DNA from: Histomonas meleagridis 2922-C6/04-290x
Taxonomy: Eukaryota > Protista > Parabasalia
DNA: 64,000 nucleotides
NCBI GenBank assembly: GCA_020184695.1
Contig: JAANOX010000243.1
Location: 558,001-622,000 of the forward strand
Direction of reading: 5' to 3'
The notes under the pieces: generated by a model
Told to the model about the DNA's origin: nothing
Seen by the model: the letters and a program-made list of their open reading frames with translations, nothing else
Databases searched by the model: none
Shown here: positions 33,665-44,398 of the stretch, piece by piece
Layout: every line of letters starts with the position of its first letter
Numbering within the stretch: the first letter of the stretch is position 1
Made by a program: the position numbers and the translations under genes

Positions 33665-34050
33665 AAAATCGAAAATCTTCAAGTATTACAATAACTTGAA
33701 AAAATTATATTTGATTTAAGTAAGAAAAATGTTGAATCTTCATTAAATTACTTATCTACAGAATTTTTATATTCATTCCTTTATATTATTTGTAGAATTA
33801 CTTATTCATATTTTGTTACAAAAGGTATTGAGAATTATGTTTCGAATATTTAAAGAAATTTAAAATAATATCACAGAGCAATATCATTAATATTTCCGCA
33901 CAATTTCTATTCACAATTAATAACCAAGAAGCAAATTATCTTCTTGAAAAAATGAATGAAAATGAAATGCTTGAATCAAAAATTATTCATAGCAAAAAGA
34001 TTCTATATTTTCTGCAATACATACCAAAAGAAGAACTTAAAAGATATAAA
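33665..34050 (+). pseudogene. 5-prime fragment relic of the same ankyrin-family gene
   Basis: Nucleotide similarity to 60270-60580 (gaaaaaattatatttgatttaa..gttgaatcttcattaaattac..caagaagcaaattatcttcttgaaaaaatga) with stops and indels. Confidence 0.7.
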
Positions 34051-34214
34051 GATATGTGTAATAAATAAAAAATATTAAAAAAAATTAGCTAATTGAAAAT
34101 TGGTATTTGAAAAAGTTTGAACTGAACTTAAACGCCGCTGAAGGAAATTGTCAAAATGTTTTTACACAAACGATTTTTACTAATAAATATTATATAATAT
34201 GTTTTTAAAACAAC

Positions 34215-36620
34215 TTATTTTGGTATGAATGAGTCATCTTTTGAAATTAACATGAAATTAATTTTCCTTGCTCTGTTTTGATTTTTTCTTCTTTTTTCTG
34301 ACATTGAATTATTTCTACTTCTTACCATATTCGCTATTCCGAATTCTCTTAAATTCTTTTTCAATGCGTTATCATTTGCGTTTTGTAACATTGCAATTGA
34401 TATTGATCTAAACTTTTCCATTTCGTCTTCTTTTTCTTGCGGCTCATTATTTTGGTTTGATACACCAGAAAACAGAAACTTAATTGACGACGACTTATAA
34501 TTCGATGGCAATGAATGTGGTAACATCATATTAACTCTCATTGAGCTTTCGTTCTGAGGTTTTTGGAACGACTCATTAATATCGAACAATATATCAGAGT
34601 CATCATTTTCTCTGAACATATATCTCTCCAAGAAATACGTTGTATCTTCTATTGAATCGAGCTCTGGTATAAAAGGCGGCTCCAAATTATTCTCGTTTAT
34701 ACCGGCAAGGAATGGGTGATTAAACACTTCGTTACTATCTTTCGACCCTAATCTTTTCTTAGGATCTAAAGTCAAAAGTTTACTAATGAAGTCAATCGCT
34801 TCATTAGATAACTCAATGTCGTCAGGGAACTCATATGTACACGACGTGATCTTCTTAAAGACGTTCTGCTCAACGCTGTCATGGAATGGCGGTATCCCTA
34901 TTAACATTTCATATGTTAATACGCCTAATGACCACCAATCGACGCCGAATGAATGTTGTTTATTAAGGACTATTTCGGGCGCAATGTAATCGGGAGTGCC
35001 GACTACGGAATCACTTTGCGTTAAGTGCTCATCTTTAGCCATTTGTCGATCAAAGATGCCGCTATATGATAAACCAAAGTCTGTAAGTTTTAATGAGCCA
35101 TCTTTGGAAATGAGAACATTATCGGGTTTAATGTCACGATGAATGATACCATTAGAATGTAAATATTGTAACGCTTTGGCAATTTGGAAGATGTAAGTCT
35201 TTGTATGGGCTTCACTAAGACAGCCAACATGCTGAAGTAACGAGTATAAGTCGCCTCCAGGAAGATATTCTGTGACTAAATAAAGATTACGTGTTCCTAC
35301 AATTGAATAATCTATGTGTTAGAGTTTAAATAATTATAATCTTTTTTTTTTCTTTTAAAAATTCCACCGCTTTTGTGTTGTTTATACAAAAGTGGCACAT
35401 AAAAAAATAAAAGAAAAAAAAAGATTATCAAAAAACATACAGAAATTAATTATGTAAGGATTGTTATGTTGAAGTAAAATATCGCGTTCGACTATAACGC
35501 GTTTTACTTGGTTCTTTTGAATGACATCATTCTTGGGTAAAACTTTGATGGCATATATATCATCAGTGATTTTCTTTTTCGCAAGGTAAACACGCGCAAA
35601 GGCACCACAAGAGATACGTTTGAGGATATCAAAATCGCTGATGTTAAGTGGCTTCTTAATTGCAGTATTCATGTCACCAGAGATCCTTGTACGACGTAGA
35701 ACTTCTTGTGCTTCTTTTAGAGCAATGAAATTTTTCCGAAGCTTTATCATCGCAAATTTGATTTTTTGATACAATGCTAAACAATCGGCATTTAATATCT
35801 CCATTGGAATCCTCGAGAGAAGTCCGACCAGAAATTCGAGTTCATTTACTGCATTAATATCTGATGATTGAATATGAAATACTCTTTCAATAATTAATGA
35901 AACTTGTAGAATTGGAAGCTCGCGAATGATAGCACTTGCTTTGTCGCCAGGCCATTTTGTGTTTAAGAAGTTTTCATTAAGTTCATTTTGGACAGAATTA
36001 AATAATCTTTGTCTTTTGGAAATTTTGTTCTCATATTCACACGCTTTTGCACACCATTTTGTATGCTCTTGGAAAAGTTCAATTGGAATATGTTGATCGC
36101 AAAGTCGACAAACAACTAAATCAACTTTATGTCCTAAATTTCGTTTTTTAATTCTTTTTTGAGAGCCTTGACGTTGAAGGATTTTTTGTGTGTCATCAAT
36201 GAAAGGTCTTTTACAAAGTAAACTGCTTAATAGCTTTGATAAGTTAAGTAAATTTTGATTTAACTTAAGACAAACCGAGCGAACTGATCTTGAAATTAAT
36301 TGATCCTCTTGAAACGAAGTCAAAATATTAATAGCGGAATTTATTACAATGAATAATTCTCCATAAGAACAATTTAATATGCTATTTAACATATCTTTTA
36401 TCTGTTGATGAATCGTTAAGCTTTCTGAATCTGTTATTTGAGTTGAAGGCGTTGGATTGAAAGTACTCAAGACTGTATAAAATCCTTTTAACTGTAAATG
36501 AAATTTTTGGTAATAATTACAAGTAAAAAATTGAGCACTTTGTGATTCAAGCAGTGAAAGGTTATCGAACGAGACAATGTGAGCAATAGTTCTATCATCA
36601 CTAATTCTTCTTTGTTTCAT
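34215..36620 (-). CDS. AGC-group Rim15/IRE/MAST-like Ser/Thr kinase with C2HC zinc finger; join(36620..35441,35311..34215), 758 aa
   Basis: Exon 1: CRLC..IPIELFQEHTKWC, ISCGAFARVYLAKK, YAIKVL, VERDIL. Exon 2: EYLPGGDL, HRDIKPDN, DFG, GTPDYIAPE, DWWSLG, RLG, PPFIP. Splicing joins INF-Y-YSI in frame. Confidence 0.9.
35312..35440 (-). other. Spliceosomal intron, 129 nt, trichomonad-type
   Basis: 5-prime GTATGT and 3-prime TCTAACACATAG (close to the T. vaginalis ACTAACACACAG motif). Removal restores the kinase frame. Confidence 0.92.
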
Positions 36621-36815
36621 GTTGTTTGTATTTGACAGAATATAATTTTTCAATGGACAGCGAATTGTAAAATTTTCATTTCCAAAGTTTTGAATAGTTT
36701 ATCAATTTTTATACAGACAAAATAAAACGTGCCGATTAAAAAAGCATATTACATAAATTTCGAAAATGCAATTTTTAAAATAAAATTGATAAAAATGAAC
36801 CTTAAGAAGAAGCCC

Positions 36816-37715
36816 TTATTTCTTGAATAATGGAGATTCAAGACATGATTCTTCTTTTCTGTCATTAAGTATTGGTGAAAACAAACCAATAGATTGCATC
36901 CCAAATGGTTCAAAATCTTTTGTGTTTCTAGGTGAGAATTGTAATGCATCTTTTGTTGGAGAGAAAATTCCAATATTATATGGGGATTTTGTAATAGAGG
37001 CAAAAGGAGATCCAAGCAAAAAGAAAGGTGTAGCTAAGGCCGTTGGGGTTTGTGCTGTTTCTTTAATCTCTGGAATAACATCCATGAGTTTTGGAGGTTT
37101 AGGTAAATCATCAGCAGATTTGGGTACATTCTTCCTTGATGGACGACCTCTTCTAGGACGAGGTGTCCCTGATTTTTGATATTCGATTTTCTTCTTTAAT
37201 GTTGAGTTCCATCTGTTTTTAACAGCATTATCACTTCTTCCATGAAGTTGCTCTGCAATTTTAACCCATTGGTTTCCAAGTTGATCATGCATTTTTATGA
37301 GAATCTCATCTTCTTCTTCTGTCCATGGTTCATGATTTACATCTGGGTCAAGATGATTCCTCCATCTCTCTCTGCATTGCTTTCCAATCCTTCCAGGAAG
37401 TTTTTCTGCTAGCTTTGTCCAGTTCTTTTTTCCATGTTCTTTTACAAATTCGATAATTATTTCATCTTCTTGACGAGTCCAATTTCCTTTTATTAGAGTT
37501 GGGTCCACCACCTTTTCCCAACGTTCTGCAATTTGTTGAGACGTTTTATTAGGGAAATAGTTACATAATTCATTCCAATTTTTATTACCAGTTTGAGAGA
37601 CCATCCTAAGAAGTGTCTCATCCTCTTCCTGAGTCCATTTGGTGCTTTTTGATTTGTTGCTTACTTTATGGCGAACACGTGTTGGTGCTAGCGCTGATTT
37701 TTCTTTAGAAGACAT
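36816..37715 (-). CDS. R1R2R3-type Myb transcription factor (paralog of 20396..21187)
   Basis: Three Myb repeats including GRIGKQCRERWRNHLDP and RSDNAVKNRWNS. The ORF-track start at 37760 is non-ATG; ATG at 37715. Confidence 0.95.
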   Translation of the reverse strand: MSSKEKSALAPTRVRHKVSNKSKSTKWTQEEDETLLRMVSQTGNKNWNELCNYFPNKTSQQIAERWEKVVDPTLIKGNWTRQEDEIIIEFVKEHGKKNWTKLAEKLPGRIGKQCRERWRNHLDPDVNHEPWTEEEDEILIKMHDQLGNQWVKIAEQLHGRSDNAVKNRWNSTLKKKIEYQKSGTPRPRRGRPSRKNVPKSADDLPKPPKLMDVIPEIKETAQTPTALATPFFLLGSPFASITKSPYNIGIFSPTKDALQFSPRNTKDFEPFGMQSIGLFSPILNDRKEESCLESPLFKK

Positions 37716-38406
37716 GGGAAAAAATGGTAAACGGCATAATCTGAAAATTGAACAATTCAAACTTTTTGATAAAATAAGATTAAATTTAAGGAGATCGTTT
37801 GTCTGGCCGTTTAGTAATTCATTTGAATAAAGCCATAAAACTTTTTAAATCAATAATGATCGTTTATTTAATTTTCGAGAACGTTTATTTTTCTGTTATG
37901 AAGCCCGATTCAGCTAACTTTTTGTATATTAGGATACTGTAAACGTCTTCGAATGGTGGTTTCTGATAAACAAAAAAAGTCAGTGCTGGAAAAATTTCAT
38001 TTTATTACCTCAATTTCATTTCAGTCTTATTGTAAGTTAATTAAACAACCATCTGTTTATCTGTTAATGTAAATTCCCTTATTATTCAAGAAATAAATTT
38101 CAAGATTTTCTGTATACAGAAAAATATGATGATGCTTTCACAACTGTTGAGAGAAACAAATTAAATAATTTCCAAATATTATTTTAAAATATAAAATTAT
38201 TAAAATGAATTTCAAATAAAACAAATAAATATCTTTATCATTAATATCAAATCCTTTTCTTTCAAGAAGTAATTTAACTATTTTTATGTAACCTTCTCTA
38301 GTTGCCAATATAAGTGTTGTATCATATAATTTAAATAAACACCAAATTAGTTATAAAATCGCTTTTATCTTAGGTATCAATAATAGTTTCGTCAAGTAAT
38401 AATTAA

Positions 38407-39621
38407 TTGAATAATTCTTTATTTTCAAATTTTCTAGAAAACTTCAAGTTTAAACGTCTTCAAATTAATTTGAATGCATTACAAAAAAGTTCATTCACCA
38501 TAAGGTCAAAACAAGAATTTGTAAGCTGTTTTATAATAATCTTTTCTGCTATATTAATATTTGGAGTGAAATTTAGGTATCCAATTAAAGTCAAAAGGAC
38601 ATTTTATTGTGATTCACCTAAAGTATGGATGATTTACAGCGGATCTTATGGTAATATTCCAATTGATGGAAGATGGGTTGGCTGGAAAGTTAAACGTAAT
38701 TCGTATTTCGATGAATATTACGAGCTTCCAAGCCGCTTACCATCTCCTCTTTTTCCTGCTGCGGGCTTATACTCCTCACATGATCCATCACTTATTCGTC
38801 AACATCTTTACCAAATGCATTGTTGTGGAGTTGATTCAGTTATTCTTTTGTGGTCACCACCATCACGTATTATTAATAATGACAATAGCACATCAGGATT
38901 TTCTGATAAAACTCTTGAAATACTTCTTGACGCAGCTAGTGAATTTCAAATTACGGCAACTGTGCAAATTCCACAATATGATGGTCGATCAAATCAAACC
39001 ATATTTGAAGACTTTCAATATCTATATTCCAAATACGCACACCATCCATCTTATCTTCACATTCATGGAAACCCTGTTGTCCTTATATATGATCCTCATG
39101 AGATAAATTATTTATATCATTCGATATCCGAATCTCATAACAAAGGCTTTAACTTTTACTTCATTGGTTCTGTTGTCACCCAAAACCATATTGGAGATGC
39201 ACTTGAAACAGGATTTGATTCAGTTTATTCATATTTTGCATCTGAGTCATTTACATATTGTTCGAATATATCGCATTGGAAATCACTTGTAACCGATTCC
39301 CAAGAGCGAAACATTTCTTTTTTCCCGACTGTTGGTCCTGGATATGATAATGAGAAAGTTGACGTATGGAATCATGAAGCAACCAGAAGCCGCGAGAACG
39401 GATTATACTATGACCGGATGTGGAATGCTGCGATTGAAACATCTCCAAAGGTAATCATTGTCAACTCATTCAATAATTGGATGGAAGGAACACAGATAGA
39501 AACCGCAATTAACAAAAAAGGGTTCGAATTTAATGAAAGGAATTGGTGCCAAAATGGCGATGCAAATGAATATATTGAGCGAACAAAGAAATGGGTGAAA
39601 AAGTATAAAGAAATGAATTAA
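38407..39621 (+). CDS. GH99 endo-alpha-1,2-mannosidase-like (MANEA-like) type II membrane protein; start codon unresolved
   Basis: YGN...DG.W, P..GLYSSHDP.LIRQH..QM, G.PV..IYD, GFD..YSYFAS, PTVGPGYD, RENG.YY..MW, SFNNWMEGTQIE. No in-frame ATG upstream of the TM segment. Confidence 0.8.
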   Translation: MNNSLFSNFLENFKFKRLQINLNALQKSSFTIRSKQEFVSCFIIIFSAILIFGVKFRYPIKVKRTFYCDSPKVWMIYSGSYGNIPIDGRWVGWKVKRNSYFDEYYELPSRLPSPLFPAAGLYSSHDPSLIRQHLYQMHCCGVDSVILLWSPPSRIINNDNSTSGFSDKTLEILLDAASEFQITATVQIPQYDGRSNQTIFEDFQYLYSKYAHHPSYLHIHGNPVVLIYDPHEINYLYHSISESHNKGFNFYFIGSVVTQNHIGDALETGFDSVYSYFASESFTYCSNISHWKSLVTDSQERNISFFPTVGPGYDNEKVDVWNHEATRSRENGLYYDRMWNAAIETSPKVIIVNSFNNWMEGTQIETAINKKGFEFNERNWCQNGDANEYIERTKKWVKKYKEMN

Positions 39622-39824
39622 AAATTGATTTAATAAATATTGCATAGATTGTTTTTTTGGGACGAAATGTTTTATAAAGTGCTTCATCAAAGTTTATTTT
39701 TGGTGAAAAGATTTCACTTTTGACGGATACATTCAAAAGCATTGAATCATAGCGGTTAATACCGTTATTCTGTCTGATCAGAGACCGTTATTTGAGATAA
39801 AAAAACTTTTTAAATTATTGCTGT

Positions 39825-40232
39825 TTAATGCTTAGCGGAAAGAGGGCTATCTGATAAGGCCCAACCCTCAACAACGCGAACACCGATAGGATCTGGATTA
39901 TCTTTGAAGTTGACAAATTCCATAGTATGTTGCAAAATTTCTTCATTTGTATCAAGGTTCTTGACCTTAACACTGTATCTTATAGCAGCCCAGTCATCTT
40001 TGATAAGCATGTTATCAAAATCACCAAGTTCCATGGTGTAATGTTGGAAAAGTTTACCCATCATATCCTTGTATTCTTGTAATGTCAAGCGATGACCATA
40101 TACATTGTAGTGTGCGTCTGGTTCGTATAATGTATTGCACCATTCTAACCAGCCATCATAGCCACCATTCCAGTTCTTGAAACCATTAACAAGGCGATCA
40201 CGAATTGCTTCTTCCATATTTCTTCCAGTCAT
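39825..40232 (-). CDS. SnoaL/NTF2-like fold protein, bacterial-type
   Basis: 135 aa with SnoaL-like pattern (WN..Y..W......Y.PDAHY; DNMLIKDDWAAIRY; MEFVNF); intronless; TCATT Inr just upstream. Confidence 0.65.
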   Translation of the reverse strand: MTGRNMEEAIRDRLVNGFKNWNGGYDGWLEWCNTLYEPDAHYNVYGHRLTLQEYKDMMGKLFQHYTMELGDFDNMLIKDDWAAIRYSVKVKNLDTNEEILQHTMEFVNFKDNPDPIGVRVVEGWALSDSPLSAKH

Positions 40233-40239
40233 TCGAAAA

Positions 40240-40244
40240 AATGA
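40240..40244 (-). promoter_or_regulatory. Initiator (Inr) TCATT upstream of the SnoaL-like gene
   Basis: TCATTTTTTCGA-ATG. Confidence 0.6.
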
Positions 40245-40625
40245 TGTGTTGTTTATTTAACCAATGATGACCGGATTTTTTGTCAGCGGATCAAAGTCAA
40301 GTGACTTAACGTCTTTTTTGGGGATTCTTCGATAATTTATTTGTTTTTTTCTTTACACTTAAAATTTTTAATTAACTGATGAAAAAATCATCTTTTTTAC
40401 TTCAATGATGATTATCTTGGCAACCATTTTAAAGATATTCATGTCGGTATGCCATTTGTAAACTGTTCAATATTTTCTGAAGTCGAACGTTAATAATTAA
40501 CGGTTTTGCTGATATGAAAATTGATAGATTTTTAATCGTGATAAATAACCGCTTCAAAGTTTGCTTGAAATGATTTTTTGTTTCACAACAAGGCCAAACA
40601 CAGCAAATTTATTTGTATTAGTATT

Positions 40626-41726
40626 TTATTTAAATGACGGAAGATATTTAGGAACACTACAACCTCTTTCTTGAATATTACAAGAAGCGCAATAATTTCC
40701 AGCTTCAATACATTTCTGTAATGATTCGCCTTTGATGTAATAAGCCAAGAAACCTCCGGCGAAAGAATCACCAGCACCATTTGTATCAACAATTTTATCT
40801 GAAGAAACAGAAATGGTCTTAACTTCAATTGGTTTCGAACCACTTTCACATCCGATGGTTGGTTCCTTACCCATTGTCGATATTATAATTCTTTTGTTTC
40901 TTGGGTTTCCATAATCTGAAAGTTTTTCAATGATGTTCCGAACATCAACTGATTCTTCAGGAACATCATTTTCTACAAGATTTAATTTCTTGGCCAAACA
41001 TATGATTTCAGTATTGTTACCAAAAACAATGCTTGAAACTCTAAATAATTCACGAAGTGATGGCCATGCTTCGGAATCAATAGCAGTTGGTGATGACAAA
41101 CTGATTGCAAGAGGGATATTACGATGACAACATTCAGCTGCTACAGCTAATCCAGTCCGATCTGATGAACGTAAGAAAAAAGTACTCATCAATACAACTT
41201 TAGCATTTTCTAATGCTTCTAATACTTCAGGTGTATCCCATCGATCAAATTCAAAATTGCCTGATGCTGCTACAGATGCAACAATTGATCGATTACCATT
41301 ACATACTAAAATAGCACTACAACCTGTATATTCTTTTTCTATTGTTTGATATAAACATTGAACACCAGATTTGTTCATGATACTACGAAGAACTTCTTGA
41401 TTAGAATCATTTCCAACTGCACCAACAATTGCTGTTTTACCTTCTTTTTGCATCATCCATTGACTCATCACAAGTGTGTTTTGGCATGCTCCTCCACATG
41501 TCATATATGAATTTTTATTGTTTACTGTTTCATTGATTAATGGTTGATAACGTGAATCTGCTAAAATGGCATCATCATTCTTCAAATCCCATTTATGCAA
41601 GTAAGCTTCTTCAACTTCAACTGTTGCATCAATGAGTGGGTTGCAGAATGCTAAAATCATTATTGTGAGGTGATTTTCTCTATTCACTTTTTCAATGATG
41701 CTTGGCCTCAGGCAAACTGTTAGCAT
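40626..41726 (-). CDS. Adenosine kinase (PfkB family)
   Basis: NPLID, GGACQNT, GAVGND, TGCSAILV, VFGN..E, DTNGAGDSFAGGF, and a C-terminal A...I...GC. Confidence 0.85.
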   Translation of the reverse strand: MLTVCLRPSIIEKVNRENHLTIMILAFCNPLIDATVEVEEAYLHKWDLKNDDAILADSRYQPLINETVNNKNSYMTCGGACQNTLVMSQWMMQKEGKTAIVGAVGNDSNQEVLRSIMNKSGVQCLYQTIEKEYTGCSAILVCNGNRSIVASVAASGNFEFDRWDTPEVLEALENAKVVLMSTFFLRSSDRTGLAVAAECCHRNIPLAISLSSPTAIDSEAWPSLRELFRVSSIVFGNNTEIICLAKKLNLVENDVPEESVDVRNIIEKLSDYGNPRNKRIIISTMGKEPTIGCESGSKPIEVKTISVSSDKIVDTNGAGDSFAGGFLAYYIKGESLQKCIEAGNYCASCNIQERGCSVPKYLPSFK

Positions 41727-42025
41727 TCAAAAAATGTGTGGCCCGGTACCACTTTTTGATAGTGAAAGTGTGACCTGGAGAAAAAAGTGGCGGTTATTTG
41801 GAGGGTTTTATTGCTTCTCATTCATAAAATTCCCAAAGTTAAGAATAACATGAACAAATCCCAAAAGGAGAAAAAGAGAAATTAATATATCTGTTTAAAC
41901 ATCACAATGTTTTACAATGTTTTGTAATTGCAAATAATTTAATTTTCTCAAAATAATATTTTTATATTAATTTGTTTATCTTAAACAAAAAATTATATTT
42001 AAAGTTAAATTAAAGTATTTTAAAT

Positions 42026-42766
42026 TCACAAAGATGAGGGTAAAAGAGATGCAACAGCTCTTTCAATATTACCATTATTGTTCCTGAGAGCTTCCTCTGC
42101 TTGGGCACGAGTAAATCCCATTTCAGTAATTGCGTTTATTGCTTCTGGATTAATCAACTCATCATTATCATTGATATTTACATCATTATCATCTCTTGAA
42201 CCAGTATCTTCGCTTTGGCTAACTTTTTCTTGCAAACATTTCTTCATTTTGAAAATGTCATATGAAAACATTACATTTCCAATTATTGCTGGAACAAATG
42301 GTATTAATGAGTAAGGGAAATTATGGAACGCTATAACAAGAATTAGAATTGTGAGAACGTGTTTGTCATTGATTGGAGGAAAAACTGGTGTTGATGGAAT
42401 TTTCCAAAATATGAAAACGTAAAGGGAAAATGGTAGGAAGAAAAAGAAAGAAAAGCGATATGAAAAACCTGTAATGAAAATAATAACAGCATAGAATGGA
42501 ATATATGAAATTAAATTATAAAAAAGAAAAATTCCGAACATTATGGAACCAAAAATTCTTTCAACATTTCTAGCACACCATAAAATTGCTGTTATAACAC
42601 ATCCTTCTCTATATGTTTTCCATGAAATTAAAGAATGAAGTATGTCCAAAAATGGTATAACCATTTCATCTTGTGCTGATACCATAACAATTGTGAAAAA
42701 CCCAAGAATAAGTGCCAAGTTGAATATGATTGGTGCTCCATTTACAAAAAGATTTCCATCGAACAT
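42026..42766 (-). CDS. Polytopic membrane protein with C-terminal UBA domain (UBAC2/Dsc2-like)
   Basis: Multiple TM segments, then EAINAITEMGFTRAQAEEALRNNNGNIERAVASLL. Confidence 0.8.
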   Translation of the reverse strand: MFDGNLFVNGAPIIFNLALILGFFTIVMVSAQDEMVIPFLDILHSLISWKTYREGCVITAILWCARNVERIFGSIMFGIFLFYNLISYIPFYAVIIFITGFSYRFSFFFFLPFSLYVFIFWKIPSTPVFPPINDKHVLTILILVIAFHNFPYSLIPFVPAIIGNVMFSYDIFKMKKCLQEKVSQSEDTGSRDDNDVNINDNDELINPEAINAITEMGFTRAQAEEALRNNNGNIERAVASLLPSSL

Positions 42767-43605
42767 TTGGAATTTTTCTGTAGTTTTCCGGGGACGGTTA
42801 AAAAGGTGCCCAAAAAAATTTTTTATTTTTGGTCAAATGAATATTCTCCAAAAAGAGAAAATCATTTTTTAAAAAATAAATAAAATGAGTACTTATGATT
42901 TTATTAAATATTATTTTGTATTTATAATATTTTTTAATTTTAAATGTAATTTGATGATTTATTAATTGAATATTAAGTTAACATGCTTAATGAAAAATAG
43001 CATAATTTATATACCATATGTATACCTGATTTCCTATAGAATAATTTTAAATTTAGCAAGAAAATTTGTGTACCAAGTTATTATAGTCATGTTATTTGAT
43101 TTCAAGAAAATTTATAAATATTTGATGAAAAATTAAGATTTCTAGATAATTTCTTGATATTATGATAATTAATTGACTTCTTTATTAATAGCTATATAAT
43201 GCGCATTCAAAGGATATTTTAACATGATTTTTCTTTAAAATTTAATTTTTGAAAATTATTTTCAATTAATTACACATGAATTTTTTCCAATCATGCATAA
43301 CCATTTAATAAACCATCTAAAAAGAAACTGATCTATATCAAAAAAGTTAATTGAAACAACTCAGATAAAAAGTTATAGTGGATTTACTACCTGTTTAATG
43401 AGAACGGTTCCTATTTTCTAAACGGTCGTTTGACACCAAATAGAATAAAATTATCTCGTTGTTCTCATTATTTTAATCCTGAAAAATATATGGTAAAGAT
43501 TAATAATAACAGTAAATAATATTCTTATATCTATATAAGACAGAAACTTTTATTTAAAGATTTGACACTTAAAAATAATACAAATATATCCTCATATAAT
43601 AGATA

Positions 43606-43763
43606 ATTATTGACTTTCTAGTTAAAATAAAACAAATATATCTTCATATAAAATTGGTTTACGAATGTGATGATCTGTGTTTTATATATTCAATTATATA
43701 TTATTTTTGATATTAAAAATAATCAAATTTTTATAAGAAAATTATTGACTTTCTAGTTAAAAT
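43606..43763. repeat. Dispersed 23-bp direct repeat in a long AT-rich intergenic region
   Basis: attattgactttctagttaaaat at 43606 and 43741, a partial copy at 43941, and caaatatatc(c/t)tcatataa at 43581 and 43633. Confidence 0.55.
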
Positions 43764-44398
43764 TGATAAGTAATGAAAATATTTTGCGTTTTTTTCGATA
43801 ATGAAATAAGATATCAAAAATCTGTCTTTTAGGTCATTGATTTTTTTCATGGCATTTCTATGAATATGTATATTTATTCGATATCTGAAAAAATGAGACC
43901 TGTAGCCAATCAGGAAATTTTTTTCTGATTTCTGAGACAGTATTGACTTTTTCACTGGAATTTATTCGTTTAAGGATCATATCAACTTTACCTAGTATTC
44001 AATTTGTCAGTTATAAACTTAACATAAAATAAAAATATCTTTATCAATATATAATATTTAATTATTTATTTATTAATTATAGGTAGTAAAAAATTATGCT
44101 TTATTAAACTAAATATAATTTGAAATCATAAATTTTTCATCAATTTTATACGTTAATGCTTCTCAATTATGAGTAGTATATTTGGATGGTGTTTACTTCA
44201 ATGATCTCAGCAATTTGAATGAAATCTTATGGTACCGATCATTTTTAATACAAAAAAATGGAAATAGTAATATAAATATCTCTATTTAGAATTGGTTACG
44301 GAATAAAAAAAGATATATATAATAAAACACATAATATGTAATTTATGAATATAAAATAAATATTTAAAATTCATAAGAAAATTTGAATCGGACCCGTT

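Noticed and set aside
42900-44390. Transposon or MITE in the long AT-rich intergenic region
   Set aside because: Only short direct repeats; no terminal inverted repeats, target-site duplication or transposase remnant found.
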